From assembly GCA_054600435.1 (NCBI GenBank), contig BAAIJX010000025.1, positions 186,001 through 250,000 of the forward strand: a stretch of DNA of 64,000 nt, in the 5' to 3' direction. Numbering within the stretch: position 1 is the stretch's first letter; the number at the start of each line of letters is the position of its first letter. This DNA comes from Neophaeotheca triangularis. Lineage: Eukaryota. A program made the position numbers and the translations under genes. A model generated the notes under the pieces. It had not been told where the DNA came from and searched no databases. It saw nothing but the letters and a program-made list of their open reading frames with translations. This document shows, one piece after another, positions 11,001 through 21,265 of this stretch.

Positions 11001-12929
11001 ATGCGTCTTTCCGTAGCGCTCGTCTGCGCTGCAGCGACGTTTGTGGCCTCGATCGAGGCCGCACCCCCTGGCTACGGCCCAGGAGCCGACCTCCAAGCCG
11101 GCTGGGAAGAAGAACACGGCGGCCCAGCCCCCGACTATGACTTTGAAGAAGACAACGGCAACATGCTCATGGCTCGCGGCGTCAAGCACGGCCACAACAT
11201 GCCCAAGCCCGCTCACAAGCACCACGCCGCTCGCGACGAGGACAGCGAAACGTACCAAATGCGTCGCCGTGACGCTCTGGCCACTGGCGCCGAGGACCCG
11301 ACCGATCCCACCGAAGCCGTCCCCGGTAACCTCGGAATCCCCAAAGCCACCGACTTGACCCAGGCGCTGAAGGATCTCTACGACCGCTTCATCGGCAGCG
11401 ACGTCGTTGACGAGACGGCCAAAATGCTGCGCCGCAGCACCGACGACTCGGTCTACCACTACGACGACGAGGCCGAACTCGCCGACTCCACCGGGGACGA
11501 AATCACTCAAGCCCAGCGCGAGGCCCAGGGCCCGGAAGTCGACGAGGAAATCGACCCCGCTCTCGTCGAGGCTATCGGTCTAGATGACTCCGCTACCGAG
11601 GACCTCACGCGCCGCGATCTGGAAGACGACTTTGGCCGCGATGAGGACGATTTCGACGAGGTCATGGGCGCCTTTGACGACAACGAGCATGAGGAGCACG
11701 AGAAGCGCGGGCTCGAGCACGAGTATGGCCAAGATTTTCACGATGAGGATGACGAGGAACTTCCCGGTGAGGAGGATGAGGGAGACATGGGCGAATTTAC
11801 CGATGAGGAGCACGCTGAGCATGAGAAGCGTGGTATCGAAGCTACCGAGGAGGAAATGGAGGCATATGGCGCTTTTGATCAAGACATCGCTGAGAACGAG
11901 AAGCGTGGTCTTGATGCTACCGAGGATGAGATGAGCGCTTACGCTGAGGAAGAGGCTGACGACGACGGCGATGACGAAATGGGCGGCTTTACCGCCGAAG
12001 AAGATGCCCAGGTCGAGGAGCTCGCGAGGCGTTCGCTCGATGCCGATCTGGCTTGGGCTCAGAGCGACGCTTCCGACGAAGAGTTGGAAGGGCTAGAGGA
12101 AATGGGAGTTCTCGACGACGACGAGCACGCTGAGCACGAGAAGCGTGGGCTGGAGGGCGAGCACGGCCAGGATCTCCACGACGATGACGAGTTCCCGGGC
12201 GAAGAGGACGACGGCGAGATGGGCGACCTGGAGGACGAAGAGCACCGCGAGCACGAAAAGCGTGGGCTTGCCGAAGAATTTGGTAACAGCGATGACGAAG
12301 ACGACGACGATGACGACGAGCTCCCCGGCGAGGAAGACGATGGCGAAATGGGCGAGCTCACTGACGAAGAGCACGTCGAACATGAGAAGCGCGGGCTCGA
12401 GGGTGAGCACGGCCAGGACTTCCACGACGACGACGACGAGCTTCCCGGTGAGGAAGACGACGAGTCCGAAATGGGCGAGTTCACCGCTGAAGAGCACGCC
12501 GAGCACGAGAAGCGCGGGCTTAACGAAGACTTCGCTTTCGCCATGAGCGACGAAGCCGATGAAGAGGAAGCGGACGCTTTTGCTGGGAAGCCCAAGATGG
12601 CCAAACGCGGTCTCGCCGAAGATGTTGCTTTCGCCATGAGCGATGCTGCTGACGAAGAGGAGGAAGACGCCTATGCCTCCTCGCCCAAGATGGCCAAACG
12701 CGGTCTCAACGAGGATCTAGCTTTCGCCATGAGCGACGCCGCCGACGAAGAGGAGGAAGAGGTCTACGCTTCTTCTGAGAAAATGGCCAAACGCGATCTC
12801 GACGAGGATCTTGCATTCGCCATGAGCGACGCCGCCGACGAGGAAGACGAGGACAGCTTGCTGGAGGAAGTGGTGACGAAAGTCGTCAAAACGATAGCGG
12901 CGAGGGGCACGCCGTCTGGGTTTACGTGA
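11001..12929 (+). CDS. Secreted Kex2-processed repeat protein (KEP-like polypeptide precursor), very acidic, 642 aa
   Basis: ATG in CAATC context, signal peptide MRLSVALVCAAATFVASIEA, then 10 KR and several RR sites separating homologous D/E-rich repeats. Intronless. Confidence 0.85.
   Translation: MRLSVALVCAAATFVASIEAAPPGYGPGADLQAGWEEEHGGPAPDYDFEEDNGNMLMARGVKHGHNMPKPAHKHHAARDEDSETYQMRRRDALATGAEDPTDPTEAVPGNLGIPKATDLTQALKDLYDRFIGSDVVDETAKMLRRSTDDSVYHYDDEAELADSTGDEITQAQREAQGPEVDEEIDPALVEAIGLDDSATEDLTRRDLEDDFGRDEDDFDEVMGAFDDNEHEEHEKRGLEHEYGQDFHDEDDEELPGEEDEGDMGEFTDEEHAEHEKRGIEATEEEMEAYGAFDQDIAENEKRGLDATEDEMSAYAEEEADDDGDDEMGGFTAEEDAQVEELARRSLDADLAWAQSDASDEELEGLEEMGVLDDDEHAEHEKRGLEGEHGQDLHDDDEFPGEEDDGEMGDLEDEEHREHEKRGLAEEFGNSDDEDDDDDDELPGEEDDGEMGELTDEEHVEHEKRGLEGEHGQDFHDDDDELPGEEDDESEMGEFTAEEHAEHEKRGLNEDFAFAMSDEADEEEADAFAGKPKMAKRGLAEDVAFAMSDAADEEEEDAYASSPKMAKRGLNEDLAFAMSDAADEEEEEVYASSEKMAKRDLDEDLAFAMSDAADEEDEDSLLEEVVTKVVKTIAARGTPSGFT
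12516..12850 (+). repeat. 93-bp (31-aa) coding tandem repeat, 3 full copies plus 1 partial
   Basis: KR codons fall at 12510, 12603, 12696 and 12789, an exact 93-nt period. Unit GLxED(F/V/L)AFAMSDxADEEExxxxAxxxKMAKR. Confidence 0.9.
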
Positions 12930-13483
12930 GTCCTTCCAACCGGCCCTGCCTTCTCTCCTTGCTTGATCCGTCTGGTTGAAAACCCCTTCTCCGGGATATT
13001 GCGTTGACGCTGACGCTGACAGCTGAAAGCTTCAGACACCGGCCGTCGACCGCCAGACCTGCGTTTCCCACTGGCGCTGAGCTGGATGAGGTGGAGCCCG
13101 CGAGCACGGCGCATAAGACTCCTTCGCCTACGGGATGGTTCAAGTTTCCATGGTAGTTCTGGGCAGGGTGGTAGACGCGGGAGACTGACTGGCAGCCTTT
13201 CCTTTCATGATGGTTTCTCTTTTCCCTTTTCCTTCCAACTTTCCGTTACGTATCTCGCATTTATGTATCAATGAATGAAAGTCTTTCGAGTTCTTGAGGA
13301 AATCAAAAGTACTGTCGATCGATTACAAAGCTGTTGTAAGGTATATTACGCTTTTAGACTCGCACTTTACACGGCTGCGATTCCAACAAAAATCAACGCT
13401 ACAAATGCACTACACAGCCCAAAAGAGCATCTGCCCACGGTCCGACTTCTTCATAGTGATGCAAGCCGCTCAATCGTCTGCTC

Positions 13484-14638
13484 CTACTTCAGGGGTTTTC
13501 TCGCGACCATCAAATACATGGGCGTGAACAGCTTCTCCTTTCCACCAGCGACAAGGCAATCAGCGGCCTTTGCCAGCGAGTCGGCCGTCTTCTGCGTACC
13601 CTTGGGAGCCAGGCCGATCGTCTCCAGAGCTCCCACAAAGCGGTGCACGGTGCCACGCCCGATCTTCGTCATCCTCACCAAAGTCGGCAAGTCCCACACG
13701 CTCTGCATGTACCTCAGGTCTCCGCTCAAAGGCCAGTACCACGGGAGCTCGTCACCACGGTCCGCGAGATCCTCACTGACTTCGAGAGTGAAACCGGCGG
13801 CCTTCATGGCAGCGACGCCGGTGGAGATCTTCTCCATGTTGGAGATGCCATCGCCTTGCTCGATACCCAAGCGGATCTCGCGGTGGTGGGGGTTGTCGTT
13901 GTCGTAGGCGTCCGTCATGAGCCATTCGTAGACACCAAAGACGCCGCCAGGCTTAAGCACGCGGTAGATTTCTGAGTAAATGCCTTCAAGGCTTGGAGCG
14001 TGGACAGTGGCTTCGATGGCGTAGACGGCATCGAAGGAGTTGTCAGGGAAAGACATTTGCATGAAGTCGCCCTTTGTGTAGGAGAGCTTGTGCGCCAATC
14101 CCTCCTTTTGCGCGTAATGAGTGGCTCTCTCGATCTGGTAGTCATTGTTGTTCAGGCCGACGACGTTGCAGTCTGTGAATTTTACAATCTCCCGGGCTGG
14201 TCCACCAACACCGCAGCCGACGTCGAGCACGCGCTGGTTCGCCTTGATGCCCATCTGCAGGGCGAGGTAATGTTCATGTCTTGCGAGAGCCTGGCGGAAG
14301 GGCTCGTTCTGGCTGAAGCGGGAGAAGTGGAAGGATTGGCCCCAGCCGTACTCGTACAGGTCGGTCGCGAGGTTGTAGTAGTGTCTGGTCAGGGTAGCGT
14401 ACTCGTTGCGGCGGGCTTCGCGAATGGCGTCGGTCTCGTCGGCCGAGGCTTGGTTGTCCCAGTGCTTGAAGTACTCGTCGACGGCAGCCTTTTGCGACTT
14501 GTGGTCCTTTTGCATCATGGCCAGGAAGGAGTTGCGCTCCTCAGCGGTCTTGCCGTGCAGGGCGGCCTTGAATGCAGCATCGCGTTCACGGTCTTCCTTC
14601 TCAAGAGCAGTCGGGGCACGGGGTGGGGGGGCGACCAT
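13484..14638 (-). CDS. ERG6: Sterol 24-C-methyltransferase
   Basis: YYNLATDLYEYGWGQSFHF, VLDVGCGVGGPAREI, YAIEATVHAP and KLFTPMYLMVARKP. Intronless. Confidence 0.97.
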   Translation of the reverse strand: MVAPPPRAPTALEKEDRERDAAFKAALHGKTAEERNSFLAMMQKDHKSQKAAVDEYFKHWDNQASADETDAIREARRNEYATLTRHYYNLATDLYEYGWGQSFHFSRFSQNEPFRQALARHEHYLALQMGIKANQRVLDVGCGVGGPAREIVKFTDCNVVGLNNNDYQIERATHYAQKEGLAHKLSYTKGDFMQMSFPDNSFDAVYAIEATVHAPSLEGIYSEIYRVLKPGGVFGVYEWLMTDAYDNDNPHHREIRLGIEQGDGISNMEKISTGVAAMKAAGFTLEVSEDLADRGDELPWYWPLSGDLRYMQSVWDLPTLVRMTKIGRGTVHRFVGALETIGLAPKGTQKTADSLAKAADCLVAGGKEKLFTPMYLMVARKPLK

Positions 14639-15009
14639 GTTGGCGATGGAAGTGAGGGTTTGGAGGAGGCTTCTAGAGGATGGTGTTTCTCAAGCGTTTC
14701 GTGTGATGGGGTTTGCCGGAGCAATGATTGAAGGCAGAAAGGTGATTTGGATGAAATGGTGGGAGGAAGGGGGCGGACAGTGGGTGGACTGAATTGATAT
14801 ACAATAATATCCTTTTGCGAAAAGGGAGGCCGAATTGGGCTAAGATTGTTTATTATTTGATTACCAGGGCTCAAGATGGTCCGATGTCCTCAACGTGCTC
14901 TCCACTCGACCTAAGCACCTGCCTGCCACGCGGGTGCGCCGACCACCGCTCCAGAACGAGAAACTGCCCGGCTTGGAAGCAAACCTGGAACCTTAAGGTA
15001 GTGGAGACT

Positions 15010-15019
15010 GTCGTATGAT
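15010..15019 (-). promoter_or_regulatory. Possible sterol-response element (ATCATACGAC, SrbA/Upc2-like) in the ERG6 promoter
   Basis: Resembles the ATCATACGAT-type SREBP motif and contains TCGTAT, about 370 bp upstream of the ERG6 ATG. The motif is short and could be chance. Confidence 0.3.
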
Positions 15020-15307
15020 TTTCTTGCAGGGATTATGTACCTTGCATTATCTTATCTTTGAACACACCAATCTAATCTGATCAGATCAGATCTGCAGAAA
15101 CCCGGACACTCGACCGAAGTTTTGCCTGCCTCGCTTGCACTGGGAGTCCCTCCTCTGCGACAGCCAGAAAGTTCACCACTAACCCCTCTGTCCATCGTTA
15201 CTTGCCTTTGCGAACGCGCATCTGCTTTCACCACACTCCACGTCCTATCGTACTGCAGAGTTTGGAAATAGCAAACACCCTACGCTCGCGCGCACACTGA
15301 CGCAACC

Positions 15308-16483
15308 ATGCCGCCTCAAATCAAGCAAGACATTAACCGCTCCGGTTGGGAGACCACCGACATGCCCTCCATCTGTGAACGCTGCCTCCCCGACAACCGA
15401 TACGTTCAGTTCCTCAAAGAAGATTACGGCAAAGCTTGCTCAATCTGCACTCGCCCCTTCACCGTTTTCTACTGGAACTCCGACCGCAACGCGAAGAAAA
15501 AATCCACCGGCATCTGTCTCACTTGCGCTCGCATGAAAAATTGCTGCCAGTACTGCATGCACGATTTGAGCTTTGGGTTGGCTTTGCCTGTTAGAGATGC
15601 TGCTCTCAAGATGGTCGCGCCTGGCCCGCAGAGTGAGGTGAACAGAGAGTACTATGCTCAGAACCGCGAGAAAGACATTGAGGAGGGAAGGGGCTTGGAG
15701 GGGTATTCGGAAACCGACGAGAAGGCCAGAGATTTGTTGAGGAGATTGGCCGAGCAGGAACCGCACTACAAGAAGCAGAGGCGCCTCGAGCTGGAAGCGG
15801 CAGAAGAGGCGGGGGGGAAAGCTGGGCAGAAGCTTTTGGAGAGCAGCGCCGCGGCCGGACACACCACTGGACCTGTGCGCATGGCAGACACAAAGCAACG
15901 TTCCGCCTACGGCTCGCCTTACAGCACCGCGAACCGTGGTGGCGCATCTTCGCGCGGCGGTGCACAAGCAGCCGGCCGCAAAGCCTTCCCCTCCGCCGCA
16001 GCTGTCCCAATCAAACCCGCCGACATTGCTCCCCCAGCCGATAAGAACATCACTTCCCTCTTCGTCACCGGCGTCGAGTCTGACCAGCCCGAACACAAGA
16101 TCCGCACGCACTTCGAGCAGTACGGCCAGCTCCGCTCCCTTATCTGCTCCCACCGCTCTCACTGCGCTTTCGTCAACTACGTCAAGCGCGAGGATGCCGA
16201 GAGCGCCGCTGCAGCTTGCCAAGGCAGGGCAATAGTCGGCGGCGTACCCCTGAGGGTGCAGTGGGGTAAGCCAAAGCCGCTGGATAACCTGGACCAGAGC
16301 GAGAGGGTCAAGAACGCACGAGCCGGCAGGACTGTCAACTCGAAACCCACCGGACCAGCCGGACAGGCTCAGCAGGCTATTGCTGCTGCGGGCGAAGGAC
16401 AGGGTCAGAATCTCGACGCTTTGGTTGCTGCGCCGCCGCCTGGTCAGGGCGAGGTGCAGTACCCTTCCATGGCTGGGGAGTAA
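15308..16483 (+). CDS. SLT11: Pre-mRNA splicing factor Slt11/Ecm2 (RBM22 family)
   Basis: WETTDMPSICERCL, CSICTRPFTVF and CARMKNCCQYC zinc motifs, plus an RRM (ITSLFVTGV..CAFVNY..LRVQWGKP). Confidence 0.93.
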   Translation: MPPQIKQDINRSGWETTDMPSICERCLPDNRYVQFLKEDYGKACSICTRPFTVFYWNSDRNAKKKSTGICLTCARMKNCCQYCMHDLSFGLALPVRDAALKMVAPGPQSEVNREYYAQNREKDIEEGRGLEGYSETDEKARDLLRRLAEQEPHYKKQRRLELEAAEEAGGKAGQKLLESSAAAGHTTGPVRMADTKQRSAYGSPYSTANRGGASSRGGAQAAGRKAFPSAAAVPIKPADIAPPADKNITSLFVTGVESDQPEHKIRTHFEQYGQLRSLICSHRSHCAFVNYVKREDAESAAAACQGRAIVGGVPLRVQWGKPKPLDNLDQSERVKNARAGRTVNSKPTGPAGQAQQAIAAAGEGQGQNLDALVAAPPPGQGEVQYPSMAGE

Positions 16484-17263
16484 AAATCAAGTGTGTACGA
16501 AGAGCATACAGTTGCCTGGTCACACGCAAAAAACTGCGAAGACGTCACGCTCGGGTGCTGAAGATAGGATGGTATGAACAAGTCAAAATTAGCGAGGCGT
16601 TTGGCGTAAGACAGTGGGCGAAAAAGACGAGTCTCACGAAGGAGAAGCAATCAAGCGGGCTTACTAACCTCTTATTTGCGTGCTATAGTTAGGAAATGCA
16701 AAGTCATTATAGGAAACAAAAGATGTTCAAGTATGAAAAAAGCACGACTTGAGTGCTGATGGGGACATGGAAGCGCCTACCTGTGTAATCATGAGCCTCG
16801 AACTCTTACCCCTTAACACAAGTATGGCGTTTAGTACTGTTAGGACAAATTTACGTGGACCTAAATGCCGATCATCGTATATCTTCAAATTGTTGGTCCA
16901 GTGGCATCGCATGTCCCGGGGAGACTCTGCCAGAGCTTTCTGCTTTTCGTCAAGCCCTTAACGCCCTTATCTAACAGAGGGAGGGGGGTGGTTAAAAGCT
17001 ATAGAGGACCGAGCTTTCAGCCCGATGCTAGCGCGCTTTGATACGCAGCCAATGGCAGGCGTGGGCAAGGTGTTGGGCTAGTGTTCCGGTTTCACAGCCT
17101 TCAGGTGCTGGGTGTAAACTGTTTGCACATGGTTGTTCTAATGATTGCAAATTAAAGGCAAATTTTGAGGTTCACAAAGATCTCAAGCCCGATCGTACAT
17201 TCTATCTGCCTGCGCTCTACTGCGCCTCTTCTTTTCGGCCCACGATGACGAAGGTAGCTCGAT

Positions 17264-18663
17264 CTAAGCCAGCGTCTTCATCTCATCTTCCTTGACCTTG
17301 CCAGCGGCAATGAGGCCAGCAACAGTCTCCTGGAAAGCAGTCTTAACATCACCGCCGGTCTTGCCGTTCAGCTTAACGGCCAAAGCAGCAATCTCCTCGT
17401 TGTCGAGCTTGTTGATCAGAGAATCGGTCTCGTTGAGCGAAGCCTCGATCTGGCCGGCGCTAGCGTCGCCCTCGACGAAGTAGTTGCCGTCCTTGACCGA
17501 GTTCCTGATGATACGCTTGTTCTTCTTCGCAGCGTTCTTGGCCGCCTCCTTGGCCTTCTTGCCCTCGGCCTTTTCAGCCTTCTCGGCCTCCGCCCTCTCC
17601 TTCTCGAGCCTCTCGGCTTCCTCTTTGGCTTTGGCCGCGTCCTCCTTGGCTTTCTTCTCCGCCGCTTCCTTCTCTAGCTTCTTCGCGTTCTTCGCCTTGT
17701 TGCCCTCCTGCCTGAACTTCTTGATACGCTCGTCCATGGCGAGACAGTCGTCGATGACCTTTTGCCTGCGCACGGTGTCCTCGACCTTGCGCTTCTTGCG
17801 CTGGTTGTTGTTCTTGCGCTCGACGTGACGTTTCTGGTCGCGGTTCTCGTTGTCATCGGGGACATCCTCGTCGAGGTACTCGAAAGTCCTCCACGAGTCG
17901 AAGTGGTACCAGAAGTTGTAGAAGTGCTCGACGTGCTCACGGGTGGAGTCTTCCTTGCCAATCTCAGGCACAGGCTGGACTTTGGAGAAGCGGGCCTCAG
18001 ACTTGAATACGGGGTCCCAGAGCTTGTAGAAGTTGCCGGGCTTCTTGTTGACGTCCTTCTTGCTCGGAGGGTCGACCTCGGCGGCTTCGTCGACGGAGTC
18101 GAATTGACGGCGCTTGACTGGGTCGAGCAGAATCTCAGTGGCACGCTGAATGCACTTGAAGAAGTTGTCGTCCTCGTTGCGGCCAGAAGCGGCCTTCTTG
18201 TCAGGGTGGTGACGGAGGACCTTCTTGCGGTGCGCACGCTTGATCTGGTCCTCAGAAGCCCTCCAGCGGTACTTGCTGAGACCGAGGATGGCGTAGTGGT
18301 CCTGAGACTGTAGGATTGATCGTCAGTAGGACTTCGCTAGAAAGCAACATGTCCAGCTATGCTTAAACGTACCTTCCAGTCCTTGGCCTCACGCTGAAGC
18401 ATCATGTTGTCCTCGGGCTCGCTGATCTCGCCAGCGTCCTCATCCTCGACCTTTTTGACATTTTCGGCGGCCTGGATGCGCTCGTCCTCGGAAAAGGTGC
18501 GCTGGTGACGCTTTCTGCGAGCGTGGGCGAGGAAGTGCGGGCCTACAGGCTCGATGGCACGAGAGCTGGGGCCGGAGAGTTGGCTGACGGCTTTGAAGTC
18601 CTTCTCAGCAGACCAGCCGCTAGGCAGCGACGGGAGTGTCGCGTTGAGTTGAAATGCGGCCAT
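17264..18663 (-). CDS. ZUO1: Zuotin, ribosome-associated J-protein; exons 18663-18373, 18307-17264
   Basis: IEPVGPHFLAHARR..AKDWK, then a 65-nt intron (GTACGT..CTGAC..CAG), then SQDHYAILGL with a J-domain HPD motif and FDSWRTFEYLDED. Confidence 0.95.
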
Positions 18664-18847
18664 TTTTTGTCGATGTTGTTCGAGACAGGTGCTGAAGCAG
18701 GGCAGAGAAAGAAAGTCCAAAGCAAGTTCACTTTTTTTAGTAGTAGAAGGTCCGTGCCCGCTTTCACATCGTCCCCTTGTACATAACACCTCCAACCACA
18801 GAGAGCATCCCGTCTATAGCGACCCAGCACTTTCCAAGCGATTCAAG

Positions 18848-19240
18848 ATGTCAAGCGCTCCACTCGACTCCCTGCAACGTCTCGCAAACAAAAAAACAGT
18901 CCTCGCGACCTACCGCGCCCTCCTCCGAGCCACACGCATCGCTTTCGAAGGCGACAAGCCCACCCTTCTCGCCTCCCGACAACAAGCTCACGACCAATTC
19001 CGCCAAAATAGCACACTGCAACCAGGCAGCTCGGAAGCCGAGGAAGGAGTCCAACACGCTCACGGAGTGACGCAGATATTGCTGCAGAACCTCGTTCAAG
19101 GGAAACGCATCGGGGACGAGGGTGAGCGGTATAAGCTCAATATCCACGAGCATACGGAGCGTGGGGATAATGAGACTGCGACGACTCTGAAGGGGACTAG
19201 GAAGAGTTGGAAGGAGGTCAAAAACTCGTCGCTGCTGTGA
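18848..19240 (+). CDS. MZM1: LYR-motif mitochondrial complex III chaperone Mzm1/LYRM7
   Basis: ATYRALLRATRIAFEGD, ILLQNLVQG and LNIHEHTERGDNE. Confidence 0.85.
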   Translation: MSSAPLDSLQRLANKKTVLATYRALLRATRIAFEGDKPTLLASRQQAHDQFRQNSTLQPGSSEAEEGVQHAHGVTQILLQNLVQGKRIGDEGERYKLNIHEHTERGDNETATTLKGTRKSWKEVKNSSLL

Positions 19241-19657
19241 TTTTTCAAAGGGGTGTTGATGATCTGAATGCAATTTGGGGGGGGGTTATTGACTGCCTGG
19301 TCAATAAGGACTTCACACGGGTCGAGAATCGTCAGCAATGTCGTCGTGCCATCAGCGGCTTGAAGGCCGAATCTGGTTGCAGATTCGATCGGAATGGTAG
19401 GGCTCCGGCCGGGCTCATCCAGCGCAAGAGGCATAGCTGAGGTCAGATCCCAAGCGTCGTATCGTCAGAAGGAGCGTGCAAAGGCTGAGCGGACGAAATA
19501 CAAGGACAATCATGCCGCTTTCTGTCGAGACGGCTACTATGGCGGAGTGTAGGATGCGAAGCATGTCGATTCAATACGTTTGTATCATCTACGGAAAGTG
19601 TCTGTAACTTAGCATGACTGCTGTTTCGTTACCATTTCTATCATTGCAGGTGGCCGT

Positions 19658-21265
19658 TCACTTCCTGCCTTTCATGGGGCCGTCAAGCTGCGCCAACAAC
19701 CCCAGAACCGCCGCGCCCCCGCCTTCATCGTTGTCATCCTTTACCTGGCCGTGACCTCGCGATCGGCTCCTATTGCCTGGCCCACGGCTGTTGGCCCTTG
19801 CCGCCCGCGCCTCGGCCTCTTCCTGTTCTTCCTCGACCACCTTCATGGCCCGCTCGTAAGCCAGCATCGCCGCCTCGTCTTCGGGTCTTAGCTCCCCAGT
19901 GTCTTGGGGAGTTTCATCCTCGGAGTCGTCGAAGATACCCGGGCCGTCCTCGTCGTCCGAATCTATCTCCGGGTTTGACTGCGAGCGTAGATCTGGAGAC
20001 TTTAGAAGACGCTCATCAGCTGGTGGTGAGCGGCCTGTACCGTCCTGCGAGCCTGCCGTGTCCGAGCGCCCGCGAGTGGTGGTGTCATTGGGTAAAGAGG
20101 TTCTCGAGCCCCTGGGAGTGTAACCAATGGCCTCGGCAACTTTACGAGCTTCTTCGTCAGGATCGCGGGAGCCTCCCTCGCCGAGTATACCGATCGCTGA
20201 GCTGCGGTTCGAGTGGTCGAGCAGGTGGGTACCACGGCCTCTCGGCGCATCATCGCTCTTGTCGAGGATGTCGCGATAACCGGTTCTGCTGGGGTCCCGT
20301 AGCCGCTTCCTCTTCTTGCTTTCTCGCTTGCTACTCGGCCTTACCACAATAACAGGCACAGGCGAATATTGCAGGCAGTACTTGGACACACTTCCACTAG
20401 AAAGTAGGCCCTGGTAGCCCGTCAAACTTCTTCCCTTTGTGCCCACCACCAGCATTGCCGGCTCATACAAGCGGATCATCTGCTGGATGGTTTCCTGGAC
20501 TTGGCCAATGGAGAACTCCAACACCAGATTGATTGCTCTGTCTTCCGTGTTCTTCTGCTCAATGCCCTCCAACATCCTCTCAGCTTCTAGCCTGTAGCCG
20601 CGCTCTCCCTGCCCGCCAGCCCATTTCAAAGCCTCTCTGCTGTGTTTTTCAACCACTCGCAGACACACGACCTCGTCTCCGTCGTCCACAAGTTCATCTA
20701 GCAACCACTCCAGTGCTGTGTCGGAATAGTCGTTCGTGTCTGTCCCGCACAAAAAGGTGCGAGAGCGTTTGGTGTATTCGTAGTCGCGGTGCTTGCGGTT
20801 CAGTGTCAACGAGAAGTCGCTCGCTTCCTTGTTTGCAAAAGTGTCAAATGACACGCGAGTGGTGAACTGAGCCGGTGGTGGTGGGCTACTAAGCCTGCGG
20901 CCGTGGGCCGTGCCTACATTGCCGCCGAAGGTCGCCTTTGACGAGCGGGTCGAGGGTTTGGCGGAGCTTGATCTTGAGGTTGGAGTACCTGCCTCGCGTA
21001 TTTGGGGCACGAACTGTACTGAGGGTCTACGATCGGCCTCCCCATCGCGAGTGAGGGTGGGGCGGCGCCAGGCCGGGACGAAAGAGGGGCCTGCGGCGGG
21101 TTTTGAGATGCTGGTGTCCTTTGTCTCTTTTCCACTGGTATCAAGGGCCAGTGACGGTACGGAGCGGTCTGGTAGACGGGTGGTGGTGGCATGTGAGCGG
21201 GGCGACGTTTCGCTTGAGGGTGGGCCTGCTAAGGGCGCTGATCGCGGGGATGGAGTGCTGGCCAT
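19658..21265 (-). CDS. Universal stress protein (USP) domain protein
   Basis: RSRTFLCGTDTNDYSDTALEW, MLVVGTKGRS and GSVSKYCLQYSPVPVIVVRP. Confidence 0.88.
   Translation of the reverse strand: MASTPSPRSAPLAGPPSSETSPRSHATTTRLPDRSVPSLALDTSGKETKDTSISKPAAGPSFVPAWRRPTLTRDGEADRRPSVQFVPQIREAGTPTSRSSSAKPSTRSSKATFGGNVGTAHGRRLSSPPPPAQFTTRVSFDTFANKEASDFSLTLNRKHRDYEYTKRSRTFLCGTDTNDYSDTALEWLLDELVDDGDEVVCLRVVEKHSREALKWAGGQGERGYRLEAERMLEGIEQKNTEDRAINLVLEFSIGQVQETIQQMIRLYEPAMLVVGTKGRSLTGYQGLLSSGSVSKYCLQYSPVPVIVVRPSSKRESKKRKRLRDPSRTGYRDILDKSDDAPRGRGTHLLDHSNRSSAIGILGEGGSRDPDEEARKVAEAIGYTPRGSRTSLPNDTTTRGRSDTAGSQDGTGRSPPADERLLKSPDLRSQSNPEIDSDDEDGPGIFDDSEDETPQDTGELRPEDEAAMLAYERAMKVVEEEQEEAEARAARANSRGPGNRSRSRGHGQVKDDNDEGGGAAVLGLLAQLDGPMKGRK

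Noticed and set aside
11616..12850. CRISPR-like repeat-spacer array
   Set aside because: The repeats are in-frame coding units in a eukaryotic gene, with no constant repeat plus unique spacer structure and no cas genes.
4402..14638. A RiPP (dikaritin-type) cluster made of the KEP, two methyltransferases and the FAD oxidase
   Set aside because: The methyltransferases are the housekeeping genes OMS1 and ERG6, and the oxidase has a peroxisomal signal. No DUF3328/UstY, tyrosinase, P450 or transporter was recognised in the window.
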